Origin: a virus
DNA length: 64,000 bases
Strand: one strand, 5' to 3'
IMG/VR virus record: IMGVR_UViG_3300035670_000049
Location: 32,001 to 96,000 of that record
The position numbers and the translations under genes are program-made. Under the pieces are notes generated by a model. It saw only the letters and a list, made by a program, of their open reading frames with translations, was not told the DNA's origin and made no database searches. The stretch's first letter is position 1. The number at the start of each line of letters is the position of its first letter. Of the stretch, positions 34,581-43,881 are shown one piece after another.

Positions 34581-35381
34581 TTGGAGAAAGGAATGAATGA
34601 GAATTTGACCCAAGATCAAGCAGAGAGCATTATCTCAAAAATCAAGAAATTGATGGCTCTATCTAAGTCATCAAATGAGAATGAGTCTGCTGCTGCTGCT
34701 GCTAAGGCGCAGGAATTGCTCCTTAAGTACAATGTGGAAATGTCTCAAATCAGTAATACTGAAGTAGAGACAAAGCTTCTAAACGAGTTTTTTGAACTCT
34801 TTGATAAGAATGAGATTCGTTGGAAGTTGCATCTTGCACATTCTTGCGCCAAGGCAAATCTCTGTTTTGGTGTATCCTCTGGAAAGGGAATTTACTTCCT
34901 AGGTAGGAAGCATAATATCGAAATTGCTCAGTATATGTATGAAACTACTGCTAATGACCTAGAAAGAATTGCAGAAGAGAAATGGCAGCAGATTCTACAT
35001 CTACGTGATCTACAGGCACAATTTCCCCAAGTACATTTGTTCTCGGACCCAAGTTTGGAAGTTGTACACGGTAAAACGTGGAAAGCCTCTTTCTATGTAG
35101 GGGCTGTTAAAACGATCCGAGAAAGGCTTGAAGAAAATCTTAATGAACTAACCATTAATAATGATAATATGATGGCTCTGGTAACGACTGAGAAGCAACA
35201 ACTAAAAGTTTTTGTGGATCAGCAGTTTCCGCGTCTTACAAACGGACAGGCGATGCGATACAATTATCGCAATGCGTTTGAATCAGGCCGTAGGGCTGGA
35301 CAGGACATTCAATTCCGGCGCGGTGTGGGTGCAGGGGGCTCATATAGCGGCGGAAATCTTTTAGGAGAGGGGAAAAAATAG
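34581..35381 (+). CDS. DUF2786-family protein
   Basis: KIKKLMALS.SSNENES..A..KAQELLLKYN; SFY.G.V..I..RL; AFESG..AG. Confidence 0.85.
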   Translation: MEKGMNENLTQDQAESIISKIKKLMALSKSSNENESAAAAAKAQELLLKYNVEMSQISNTEVETKLLNEFFELFDKNEIRWKLHLAHSCAKANLCFGVSSGKGIYFLGRKHNIEIAQYMYETTANDLERIAEEKWQQILHLRDLQAQFPQVHLFSDPSLEVVHGKTWKASFYVGAVKTIRERLEENLNELTINNDNMMALVTTEKQQLKVFVDQQFPRLTNGQAMRYNYRNAFESGRRAGQDIQFRRGVGAGGSYSGGNLLGEGKK

Positions 35382-35388
35382 TTACCTA

Positions 35389-35417
35389 TTGACTTTTTAA
35401 TAAAAGTATGGTAAGAT
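35389..35417 (+). promoter_or_regulatory. Promoter TTGACT-N17-TAAGAT
   Basis: Direct sequence. Confidence 0.65.
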
Positions 35418-35437
35418 GACAGTATCAGGAGCATCTA

Positions 35438-35710
35438 ATGCGCACATATTATGACGTAATCAACGGACCAGACCTGTTCGAATACATTAAATCCTTCAAC
35501 CCTGACCTTGCTTCAAGGATTGATCCGTTTGGCAAGAGTGTTGTGGCGTTTAGTCTCGTCAATACCACAGATGACAGTATCAGAACACTCATGATGATTA
35601 AACTCGTTAATCAGGAGAAGCCTTACGAGACTATTATTACATTTCCGATGGACCTATATCAGAAAATCACTAGGAAAGTATGGGCTGATAATGGTACGAC
35701 ACCAAACTAA
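35438..35710 (+). CDS. Hypothetical protein
   Basis: RBS AGGAG. Confidence 0.6.
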   Translation: MRTYYDVINGPDLFEYIKSFNPDLASRIDPFGKSVVAFSLVNTTDDSIRTLMMIKLVNQEKPYETIITFPMDLYQKITRKVWADNGTTPN

Positions 35711-36014
35711 TCATCGGGGCGTCCCTCCCAATTGTCCCGCTTGTGCGATTGAGAAAGAATTTGATCGTGCAATAAAAATGGAGAGAAAGGTTCTAAGGGT
35801 TGCAAAGCCTAGAAACACTCAAAGAGGGAACCCCGGTAAAGGTGTCAGCGCCGTCAAATTTTCAGGGGTTTAAATTAGGCTTTTTTCTCAAACGGTGTAA
35901 AAAAGATGGAGGCTATATTGTCTATTTGACGGGCGATGACCTACCATATCGGGAGGTTTGCATTGTATTGGAAAATGGAGATACCATTATCCCCATTATA
36001 AAAGGATAATTCCC

Positions 36015-36854
36015 TTGTCTGCAAATCTGGAGATTTTTAGTCCCAAAAATTTTGATGAGTACATCGGACAGGATAGGGCAAAGAAAATTGCCAAGGTGAT
36101 GCTTTCTGCTTCCTCGATGGAGAGAAGGCCCCTACCAAACATCCTGATTGATGGATCATATGGACTAGGTAAAACCTCTCTTGCGAAAGTTATCTTTAAT
36201 GAGTTAAAGATTAAGCCCCGCATTATCGATGCATCAGCGCTTAACAAGATTATCCCACCTATCCTGACTCGTCAGGCTGCGATTATTGACGAGATTCATA
36301 ACCTTGACCCACAAGTAGCGGACACACTAAATATCCTGATTGACGAAGGCAAACTTAGTATTATTGGATGCACTACCAATCCGGGTATGCTTCCTGCGCC
36401 CTTTAGATCACGATTTAGAAACGTCCATCTTGATCCTTACACTCAGGACCAGATCAGTAAAATTCTCAGGCTTGCACTTGACCGAAAACTTGTACCGGCA
36501 CCCGATAGACTAGTCTCAGAGATTTCAAAACGCTCCAGATTAAATCCCCGCGTTGGATTAAATTATCTGGCGTTTATCTTTGATATAATGACAGTCAGGC
36601 ATGAAAGCACATTGAGTGAAAGAACAATTAAGGAGGCGTTTCAAACATTAGGAGTGGATAATAAGGGATTCATTGATCGAGATTATAAGTACATGGAAGC
36701 CCTACAGGAAGAACGCCCCGTAGGATTGCAGTATCTATCGGCCATGATTGGCGTAGATGCTAAAACTATTGAAACAGAAATTGAACCCTATCTTCTTCAA
36801 ACTGGGCACATTGATCGAATGCCTAGAGGTAGAATTAAATTGAAGGAAATTTGA
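36015..36854 (+). CDS. ruvB: RuvB-like Holliday junction branch-migration ATPase
   Basis: P.NFDEYIGQ, LIDGSYGLGKTSLA, IIDEIHNL, IGCTT.PG.L..PFRSRF, PVGL..L.A.IG.D..TIE..IEPYLLQ.G.I.R.PRGR; TTG start at 36015. Confidence 0.88.
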   Translation: MSANLEIFSPKNFDEYIGQDRAKKIAKVMLSASSMERRPLPNILIDGSYGLGKTSLAKVIFNELKIKPRIIDASALNKIIPPILTRQAAIIDEIHNLDPQVADTLNILIDEGKLSIIGCTTNPGMLPAPFRSRFRNVHLDPYTQDQISKILRLALDRKLVPAPDRLVSEISKRSRLNPRVGLNYLAFIFDIMTVRHESTLSERTIKEAFQTLGVDNKGFIDRDYKYMEALQEERPVGLQYLSAMIGVDAKTIETEIEPYLLQTGHIDRMPRGRIKLKEI

Positions 36855-37450
36855 TGACTACTATAATTGAGCGTTCTACATCTAGGGGGGATATGCAAGA
36901 TAAACTAAGAGCAGCGCTCTTAGCCTATGGATACAAGGAAATTTATCTTAGTATCGATGATTTAATTGGTAAAACAGGGCTAACTTACTCTCAAATTTAT
37001 CAAACTCTTTACAGACTACAGAAAATGGGGGAGTTGGACATTCTGCGGGAGCAGGATGAAAATGGCAGATACAAGGTTTCTGGAGTAAAACTAAACAAAT
37101 CAGAGCCTTCTGAGGTCATTACTGAGAGAATTCAAGATCGAGAAATCACCAAGCAGACTAGCCGGGACTTAAATAAAGTGGCTATCAGTGTTCCACATAC
37201 ACTAGAGTATATCAATCGAAAACTTGCTGTAGAGCGTGCCAGAGAAGAGGTAGTAAAAGCACATATCGATCCTGATGATGTGATCACGTTTACTCCTGAC
37301 CCAATGGGAGAAGAGGCAGTTTTCCTGTTCTCCAAACTACAGGAAGCCATCGAAATCAACCGGAGCCTTAACTTTGATTTAGAAGCAGAGAAACGAAACG
37401 TTGCCTATCTAAAGCAAAGTACGAGGACATTTGATGACTCGGGAACCTAA
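36851..37450 (+). CDS. Probable winged-helix DNA-binding protein
   Basis: LSIDDLIGKTGLTYSQIYQTLYRLQKMGEL. Confidence 0.6.
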   Translation: MMTTIIERSTSRGDMQDKLRAALLAYGYKEIYLSIDDLIGKTGLTYSQIYQTLYRLQKMGELDILREQDENGRYKVSGVKLNKSEPSEVITERIQDREITKQTSRDLNKVAISVPHTLEYINRKLAVERAREEVVKAHIDPDDVITFTPDPMGEEAVFLFSKLQEAIEINRSLNFDLEAEKRNVAYLKQSTRTFDDSGT

Positions 37451-37679
37451 TAAATTCCAGATTCAACTAGTAGATACCACGCATTACCATGAACCCTGTG
37501 TTAAATGCGTGGAAGAAATTTTTGCCAAGGATGATCCAGAACACGTTATTGTATGGCCCGCAGGAAGTCCTGCACCTTGGCACTTCCATACCGTATGCTA
37601 CGGAGATGTAGTAGCAGGGATGGTTGAATTCTTTAAAGTCTTTATTATTGAGCAATCTAAAACAAGGATTCTACAATGA
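37431..37679 (+). CDS. Small Zn-finger protein
   Basis: CVKC...HFH..CY. Confidence 0.55.
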   Translation: MMTREPNKFQIQLVDTTHYHEPCVKCVEEIFAKDDPEHVIVWPAGSPAPWHFHTVCYGDVVAGMVEFFKVFIIEQSKTRILQ

Positions 37680-37900
37680 TTATTGTACCCGAAGAGGGAC
37701 GACCACTAAAACCTACAAGCGCTTCTAGGCTTGTGGGTATTGATGGGAATGCGTTCTCGGTTATGTATAAGACCGAAGACTTGCTTCGTAAAGCAGGAGC
37801 ATCACCAGAGTATATTGATGCCTATGCTAAAGAGGCAATGTCTGGAGATTATAATCATCTACTTCAAACCTCTATAGCATATCTTGATCCCAATGACTGA
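37676..37900 (+). CDS. Conserved-looking phage hypothetical protein
   Basis: LVGIDGNAFSVM...L..AG...EAMSGDYNHLL. Confidence 0.7.
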   Translation: MIIVPEEGRPLKPTSASRLVGIDGNAFSVMYKTEDLLRKAGASPEYIDAYAKEAMSGDYNHLLQTSIAYLDPND

Positions 37901-38087
37901 AGAACAGTGGTTTGTTACTTGCGCCCGATGCAAACGCACCATTAAGGGTGAACGTTCTCGCCTTATGTGGGGCAGATTAGATGGAGTAACAGCAGGAACA
38001 TACCGTTTGTGCGGTCCTATGCTCCAAAAGAAGTGTGATAGATTGTACAACGAGGAACAGCGTGAGAAAACTCGATCTGGACAATGA
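37884..38087 (+). CDS. Small Zn-finger protein
   Basis: CARC...LCG...CD. Confidence 0.55.
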   Translation: MIPMTEEQWFVTCARCKRTIKGERSRLMWGRLDGVTAGTYRLCGPMLQKKCDRLYNEEQREKTRSGQ

Positions 38088-38316
38088 ATTTCAACGCATA
38101 GGTTATGCTAATCTTTTAGCCTTAGTTACTATGCTGAAAGAAGAACGTCTTCGACAAGGTTTAACCCAAGCCCAAGTAGCAGCACTCTCGGGAATTTCTA
38201 TCTCTACTATTTCCAAATATGAGAGAGGAATTTTTCCAACGAGAGTTGTATGGCTGGCTGCATACTTTGCCTTCCTAGACCTTAGACTTACCATCACTTT
38301 TAAAGATGCCTCATAA
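38035..38316 (+). CDS. XRE-family HTH protein
   Basis: LKEERLRQGLTQAQVAALSGISISTISKYERG. Confidence 0.85.
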   Translation: MIDCTTRNSVRKLDLDNEFQRIGYANLLALVTMLKEERLRQGLTQAQVAALSGISISTISKYERGIFPTRVVWLAAYFAFLDLRLTITFKDAS

Positions 38317-38713
38317 AGACATTGAAAAGAGGCGTGAATACCAGCGTAATTACTGGAGGAAAAGGAATAAGGGAGTTGTAACAAGACTGCCCAATGCTAA
38401 CTTCGATCAATTTCCCTACCGTGTTGTGCCAGATACTTGGAGAGCCCGTGTAAAGGCTAGGGATGCCTACAACACAGTAGGAGTCCATTCTCCTATCCTC
38501 AAGGATTTAATTGAAGGCAAGACAGTTTTTGTAGACTATCAGATGCCGCTAGGACAAAAGGATAATCCTTTTAGAACACTCTATGGTTTCTTCAATGCCC
38601 GAGGTTATCGTCTACACATCCATGTTTTAGATGATGTAGTGAAAGCAGAATATCGAAGAGTTTTAATCTGGGCTGATCCTCCTATGGAAGCACGAAAGAG
38701 TAAGAGTGCATAG
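38306..38713 (+). CDS. Hypothetical protein
   Basis: Basic N-terminus. Confidence 0.65.
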   Translation: MPHKDIEKRREYQRNYWRKRNKGVVTRLPNANFDQFPYRVVPDTWRARVKARDAYNTVGVHSPILKDLIEGKTVFVDYQMPLGQKDNPFRTLYGFFNARGYRLHIHVLDDVVKAEYRRVLIWADPPMEARKSKSA

Positions 38714-38965
38714 ATGGAAATTAGTAAACACCGATGGTCAGGGTGGCCGGGGGCTTGGTGCCTTGATTGCGGCATTGCTGATCCTATAGAAGAATGTGTC
38801 GCTACTCATGATATAGAATTTGGATTATGCGAGGACCATAAACAAATTCCTTGCCCCGAACCTCACTCTCATCGCTTTGATCCCTATTATCGAGAGCCAA
38901 TAGAAGTTTATGGTACACCAGAGCATGAGATGTGGCTAATAGAAATGGAGCAACGGGAGGGTTAG
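38714..38965 (+). CDS. Hypothetical protein
   Basis: HRWSGWPGAWCLDCG. Confidence 0.65.
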   Translation: MEISKHRWSGWPGAWCLDCGIADPIEECVATHDIEFGLCEDHKQIPCPEPHSHRFDPYYREPIEVYGTPEHEMWLIEMEQREG

Positions 38966-39033
38966 ATGGAAATTCTTATGTTAGGATTAGCAATGTATCT
39001 TGCGTACTTGATTGTTTATAAATCACGACAATA

Positions 39034-39070
39034 AAAAATATAGGGCAGCATCTCTGCTGCCCTATTTTTA
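39034..39070. terminator. Bidirectional terminator between convergent operons
   Basis: ATAGGGCAGCA/TGCTGCCCTAT with A-tract and T-tract. Confidence 0.85.
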
Positions 39071-39125
39071 TGCCCAAATTCCTCTTCTTAAAAACTTGGA
39101 ATTTTCTTCCCCCAAAAAATTTTAG

Positions 39126-39467
39126 TTAATCCAATTCACTAACTGGTGTATCTAAAATGCCAGTTGAGGTAAGTTTAGACTTCACGTTCTTATTTATTCT
39201 TAATGCTTCTGAATGTAATTCAGAAACTGCTGAAAGAACAACAAGAAGTTTCTCATGCCGGTCTACATAGACTTGTATCTGCCGTAGAGAGTTGGCATTT
39301 GTATTTGTTACTGCTTTAACCTCATCAAATATATCGATGATACTTTCGATTGTTTCTCTCCAACTATCCATCTCTTTCTTGTAACGATACGCTTGACTAG
39401 CCTCGACAAGTAACAGAACAGATGTTGCAATTAAACCAAGGGCAAGAATAAGTGTGAGTATCTCCAT
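39126..39467 (-). CDS. Membrane-anchored coiled-coil protein
   Basis: N-terminal TM helix. Confidence 0.65.
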   Translation of the reverse strand: MEILTLILALGLIATSVLLLVEASQAYRYKKEMDSWRETIESIIDIFDEVKAVTNTNANSLRQIQVYVDRHEKLLVVLSAVSELHSEALRINKNVKSKLTSTGILDTPVSELD

Positions 39468-40031
39468 TTATGGCTTCCAAATCTTCGGTGGTCTAAGTAA
39501 TCCTCGCTTCACCATCTCAACACGAAGGCGCATATGATCGTAAACGTCGCTTGTAACGCGTTGCTCGGTGCGTCTGAGCCCTTCAGGGATCAGGCGATTG
39601 GCAAGACGCCATGAGTGCTGGCTCATATGATACTTTGATCCGACCCCAAATAAATCAAGGAGATATTCCTGTGATGCAGGAATACTACCTCGCTTTTTCA
39701 GGTCAGCGTAGGTGTCCTGTACTGTCTTGGGTCCTAGTTGTGGCAAACCTAACTCTAGCATCGCCCCGTTAATGTTGGGAAGATCAAATGATTTAAGGTT
39801 GTGCCCTGTTAGTATGTCAGCCTTGTCATAGTCAATGGAGAATGCCTTAAGCATCTCAACTGGATCATCTCTGCCAAGTAACCACACTTGCATTGTTGCA
39901 AGGCTATCATCAAAACACCAAGCCATAGCAGTTATCTCTGCTGTTGGACTCATCCCCCTAAACGTGAGAGGACGGGTTTCTATATCCAGATCAAGTATCT
40001 TTAGTCTAGTTGTCTTTTGTGTTAATAACAT
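39468..40031 (-). CDS. RNase H-fold (DnaQ/PolB-type) 3'-5' exonuclease
   Basis: LDLDIET (ExoI), GHNLKSFDLP (ExoII), SDV (ExoIII-like). Confidence 0.8.
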   Translation of the reverse strand: MLLTQKTTRLKILDLDIETRPLTFRGMSPTAEITAMAWCFDDSLATMQVWLLGRDDPVEMLKAFSIDYDKADILTGHNLKSFDLPNINGAMLELGLPQLGPKTVQDTYADLKKRGSIPASQEYLLDLFGVGSKYHMSQHSWRLANRLIPEGLRRTEQRVTSDVYDHMRLRVEMVKRGLLRPPKIWKP

Positions 40032-40221
40032 TTAATACCTCTGGTAAATCGAGCGTCTTTAATTCGCCATTCTGAAGGGACAATTCAAACTCGTTTAAAC
40101 TGTCTGGTAAAATATCATTCAGTTCACGGTTGGCAAGTAGTCGATACTTTAGACGTGTAATGGTGCGAATAATCTCAGAGCGCTCTGCCCTTGCCATATC
40201 AATTTCAGACTTCTTCTGCAT
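40006..40221 (-). CDS. Hypothetical protein
   Basis: In operon. Confidence 0.55.
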   Translation of the reverse strand: MQKKSEIDMARAERSEIIRTITRLKYRLLANRELNDILPDSLNEFELSLQNGELKTLDLPEVLNVINTKDN

Positions 40222-40441
40222 GTATAACCCTTTCTATCTCACTTAATTTTGCACTAAGGTTTTTAATGAGTTCCCTATCCCGTTTAATAGCCTTCCTAAA
40301 TCTGTAGGTAGATTGGGTAATATAAACCTTACAGATTTTACACTGTCTATTAGAGGCTTGGCTATTTGGGAGTGTTAAATCGTGTCCTCTCTTACAAACT
40401 ACAGCCTTTACAAACTGTCCCTTTAAATTACGAGTCTGCAA
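40205..40441 (-). CDS. Small Zn-motif protein
   Basis: CKRGH...N...RQCKIC. Confidence 0.6.
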   Translation of the reverse strand: MQTRNLKGQFVKAVVCKRGHDLTLPNSQASNRQCKICKVYITQSTYRFRKAIKRDRELIKNLSAKLSEIERVIHAEEV

Positions 40442-40452
40442 GGATCACCTTC

Positions 40453-40668
40453 CTAGTATCTACGGCTATATTCATTGTCCATAATTGAATCTAACGACGT
40501 ATTATCAAACTCCCTATTTACTCTGCGCCGCTCTCGCTGCGCCTCATTCTTTAATGCACGAACCCAAGGCTTCTTATCAATAATATCTTCCTTGTATTCT
40601 CCGTAGTGATGCTTACAAAATTCCAGTGAGCCACTTGTTGGACGCTCACAAATAATGCACCGAGCCAT
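40453..40668 (-). CDS. Small Zn-finger protein
   Basis: CIIC...FCKHH. Confidence 0.6.
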   Translation of the reverse strand: MARCIICERPTSGSLEFCKHHYGEYKEDIIDKKPWVRALKNEAQRERRRVNREFDNTSLDSIMDNEYSRRY

Positions 40669-40671
40669 AAA

Positions 40672-41280
40672 TTAATCCACCATTTCCTTAAATTCTAAAT
40701 TACCCCATTGACTAGCCATTGCTTCCGCAATTCCCTTGTACGTTCGTGAACGTTCCTTCCATCGATCAGGACTAGGTGAAGCAAAATGTACACGGGGAGT
40801 ACGACCATTAACAACATTTGTTGGCTGTAACAGGGGGAGATTCTTAAGCCACAATCCTGTACCTTTAACTTCCCCATGCCCAAATTGCCAAGGTTGAATA
40901 ATTTGAGTTGCTTTACTACCAATAATCTCAGTGGCGTACCTATGCATGATAGGATTTTCTACCGCGATATGCGGAATATTCGCATGGAGTAAATTAGAAA
41001 AAAATCTAGCAGCAATCTCCATATGATGCCAACGTTCAGCATCAGGTACCTTTCCCTTGCCCCCGTACAGCCACCGTACACCGCTGTTTGCAAGGTAGGT
41101 GCATGGAGGATGGGCAACCATCAGGTCCCACCCATCATTAATAATGTCTAGGATATTTCCTACGTAGTGAGGACCGGGAACCTCTGTCTCTAGTAAATCG
41201 CACGATAAAGCATCATGTCCTTGTCTAATGAAAGCATCCCTTACTGTACCTGAAAATTCACATGCAACCAGTACTCTCAT
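40672..41280 (-). CDS. Short phage C5-cytosine DNA methyltransferase-like protein
   Basis: VLVACEFSG, WDLMVAHPPCT, VENP, QP.QFGH...K.T.LWL. Confidence 0.85.
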   Translation of the reverse strand: MRVLVACEFSGTVRDAFIRQGHDALSCDLLETEVPGPHYVGNILDIINDGWDLMVAHPPCTYLANSGVRWLYGGKGKVPDAERWHHMEIAARFFSNLLHANIPHIAVENPIMHRYATEIIGSKATQIIQPWQFGHGEVKGTGLWLKNLPLLQPTNVVNGRTPRVHFASPSPDRWKERSRTYKGIAEAMASQWGNLEFKEMVD

Positions 41281-41477
41281 ATCTTCCTTATCTCAAAGCC
41301 CCCATCCTTTAAAGCATCCATAATATCTGACGCCTCAAATAAATGTACCTTAACCATACATCCCGGCATGTTACAATAGGCGTGTAATACCTCTGCTATA
41401 ATTTGTTGCACAGTCTTTTCGATATGTGTCGGTGGTTCAACCACCTTCCTAGGTCTGCCTCTCATCCTAATCTCCAC
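41277..41477 (-). CDS. Small protein with AT-hook-like RGRPRK
   Basis: Direct translation. Confidence 0.55.
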   Translation of the reverse strand: MEIRMRGRPRKVVEPPTHIEKTVQQIIAEVLHAYCNMPGCMVKVHLFEASDIMDALKDGGFEIRKI

Positions 41478-41546
41478 CGTCAGGTATAAGTTTGTATAAA
41501 GTAAGAAATACTAAGGTAAGTAGAATTAGCAGTAATACTTCCACCA

Positions 41547-42020
41547 TCAAATCCTTTCCATAATCTGTTGATACTTATCTATCTCGTCATCGTTAAGGAT
41601 ATAGGGATATGGCCTACCAATCTGCTTTGCAGCCATTTTAAATATCCTGCTATCACTGTACTCAAACCCTAGAAACTTAGCAATTTTTGCGTAAGCAGAT
41701 TCTAGTCTCCTAGAAATGGTACGCTGATCTACGTAGTACCCTTCATACTCTTGGATCATCTTCGATATATCTCTTCGGGATAATCTTCCATCCATCATAA
41801 CGTATGAGAGCATCTGTACTTCTTGCTTGGACAATTCTTTTCTAGCATAAAGAATAGATATTGCTCGTTCAATATCCATCTTGGCCGTTAAGTCTACGTT
41901 GATCATAGGGTCTGGATCATAGTCTCGTATGTAGTTTAAGCGGCCTCCCTTGTAGGCACTGTAATTACTAATCCCTTCTACAATCAGGCGTGTTAAATGG
42001 GCTGACTTTTTCCTCGGCAT
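41547..42020 (-). CDS. Sigma70 region-4-like transcription factor
   Basis: LSKQEVQML...LSRRDIS...VDQRTISRRLESAYAKI; own promoter. Confidence 0.65.
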   Translation of the reverse strand: MPRKKSAHLTRLIVEGISNYSAYKGGRLNYIRDYDPDPMINVDLTAKMDIERAISILYARKELSKQEVQMLSYVMMDGRLSRRDISKMIQEYEGYYVDQRTISRRLESAYAKIAKFLGFEYSDSRIFKMAAKQIGRPYPYILNDDEIDKYQQIMERI

Positions 42021-42056
42021 ATAACTCTAACTCCTTTTATTTTAGGGGCCAGAGTT

Positions 42057-42086
42057 ATTATATAGTTAATGACCTTACTGTGTCAA
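42057..42086 (-). promoter_or_regulatory. Promoter TTGACA-N18-TATAAT
   Basis: Direct sequence. Confidence 0.65.
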
Positions 42087-42599
42087 GTTTTCAACCAAAG
42101 AATCTACAGCCTTCCTTGTTCCCTGTCTTGTATCGTTATAAATAGAGTAGTCCACCTTATAGGCAGTTAAATCGGCACCAAAATACTCATTAATAAGTAC
42201 CGTCCCCACCCCTGAGCCAGCCAATGCTTTAGAAATATGTCTTTGCTTAGAGTCTGGAGTATCAATTCGAACAATGACAAAGCCTAGTTGCTGTAAGTAT
42301 TTTACCTCAGTAATATACCGGGCATCCTCTACAATAATATTCGGCTTGATGTTCTCAGTTGCAAGGCGCTTCTCTAGGAAGTGTACCCACGTCTGATTAT
42401 CTATCTCGTAAAGAGCATCGTAAATCTTCCTGCGTTTCTCCCAAGGCACACGGCTAAACTTCTCACGGTAATACAATGCACGGTAAAGACGTGTAACCCC
42501 ATCAGATAGGGGCATCCTCTTGAATTTATATTTATCTCGTAGGTACACCGCAACCATTCTTTTTGAGGTAGCATTCTTACCTACTAAAGCTATCTTCAT
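42075..42599 (-). CDS. dNMP-kinase-like P-loop paralog with degenerate Walker A
   Basis: IALVGKNATSK; EDARY..E...L...GF..VRI. Confidence 0.7.
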   Translation of the reverse strand: MKIALVGKNATSKRMVAVYLRDKYKFKRMPLSDGVTRLYRALYYREKFSRVPWEKRRKIYDALYEIDNQTWVHFLEKRLATENIKPNIIVEDARYITEVKYLQQLGFVIVRIDTPDSKQRHISKALAGSGVGTVLINEYFGADLTAYKVDYSIYNDTRQGTRKAVDSLVENLTQ

Positions 42600-43270
42600 A
42601 GGTTAGATAACCCCTCCATCAAACTATCAAGCGCAATTAAATCTGAGTAGTCGGTCGATCTGATCATGCTGTGTGACCGTATCTGTCCCCATGTTGTCTC
42701 GGTAGGATGGCTCTGACGGGCGGTAGGCACGTTCGGATAGAGGGTTTCCACCCGCTGCGCTCTCACGTCCTCGTCACAATAAACCTGAATAAGTAAAAAG
42801 CCATTGCTTGAAAGTAATTCAGCCTCTCTTGGTAGTCTTAGATCATCAATGACTACCCTTCGGAAAGGATACTGCTTTTTAATTGTTGCCAATGTATACT
42901 TAGTGAATACATCGTCATCAAATGAACGGAGTTTGTCCCCTAATTCTTGGACGATCCTACGGTTATCTCCGTCCTTACCTGTGACTCCGTATAACTCGTA
43001 TGCGATAGCCTTTAACTTATCGGCTAGCGATACCTTTACAAATCCATAATTCATTATCAGGTAGTCAGCGCACTTGGTTTTACCGGAACACATAGGACCG
43101 AAGAAAGCAATGCGCTCACCCGCAGGAACCCTATCGAGAGTTGTTATCTTCCACACGCCATTCATCCTTAATTGGTTTTTGGAGGCACTTCTCGTCCCAC
43201 TCTTCTTGGATCGCATCTTGTAGCCTTTTTTCTGCGGTTTCAAACCAACGGGCAACTTCTTCAAATCCAT
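42596..43270 (-). CDS. Deoxynucleoside-monophosphate kinase-like P-loop kinase
   Basis: GPMCSGKT, SLADKLK, R..VQELGD..R, VIDDLR...E. Confidence 0.8.
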   Translation of the reverse strand: MDLKKLPVGLKPQKKGYKMRSKKSGTRSASKNQLRMNGVWKITTLDRVPAGERIAFFGPMCSGKTKCADYLIMNYGFVKVSLADKLKAIAYELYGVTGKDGDNRRIVQELGDKLRSFDDDVFTKYTLATIKKQYPFRRVVIDDLRLPREAELLSSNGFLLIQVYCDEDVRAQRVETLYPNVPTARQSHPTETTWGQIRSHSMIRSTDYSDLIALDSLMEGLSNL

Positions 43271-43371
43271 AGTACCTTGCTTGTCTAATTGCTACAGGTA
43301 GATATTCAAGGGAAGAAACTCCTAACTGTGTACCAAGGTCTGGAATACAGTCACCAAAATTCTCATATATC

Positions 43372-43881
43372 TTATTCATAGTGCGGTCCCAATTCGCCTT
43401 CTCTGTACTCTATGATATCGTATATACTAATGGGCTCTATCTGCCCCTCATCATTCTTCATGTATACGTATGTATACCCTGCATATTTAATCATGCGGGC
43501 ACACACTAGGCACGGATAAACATTACGTCCTACTAGTTCTTGATCGTCCTTGTATCCTGCAAGAATAAAAGCAACGCCCTTCTTGGGAGCATCTATTAAT
43601 GCTGCTTGTTCAGCATGTACTTCAGCACCTAACTCTGTACGAGAGCCATGTACTACTCCATAACGCTCTCGTATACAGGCACCTTCACAAGCCTTTGTAA
43701 CCCTTGCATTGGTTGCAGATACTAACGTAGGAAAATCATCGTAAGCAATGACAGCACCATACTGTCTACGCACACAAGGAGACTCATTCGCTGCCTTCTG
43801 TGCAATCTTGTAATAAGGTTCTATTCTATTAATCGGAATCGGCCCCCTTAGAATGTTGTCCGCTGCGCTTCTTGCGCTCAT
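43372..43881 (-). CDS. dCMP deaminase (ComEB-like)
   Basis: SPCVRRQYGAVI, HAEQAA, PCLVCARMI. Confidence 0.88.
   Translation of the reverse strand: MSARSAADNILRGPIPINRIEPYYKIAQKAANESPCVRRQYGAVIAYDDFPTLVSATNARVTKACEGACIRERYGVVHGSRTELGAEVHAEQAALIDAPKKGVAFILAGYKDDQELVGRNVYPCLVCARMIKYAGYTYVYMKNDEGQIEPISIYDIIEYREGELGPHYE

Noticed and set aside
38966-39034. 22-aa hydrophobic peptide as a type I toxin
   Set aside because: Probably a real small ORF, but no antisense antitoxin signal was seen.
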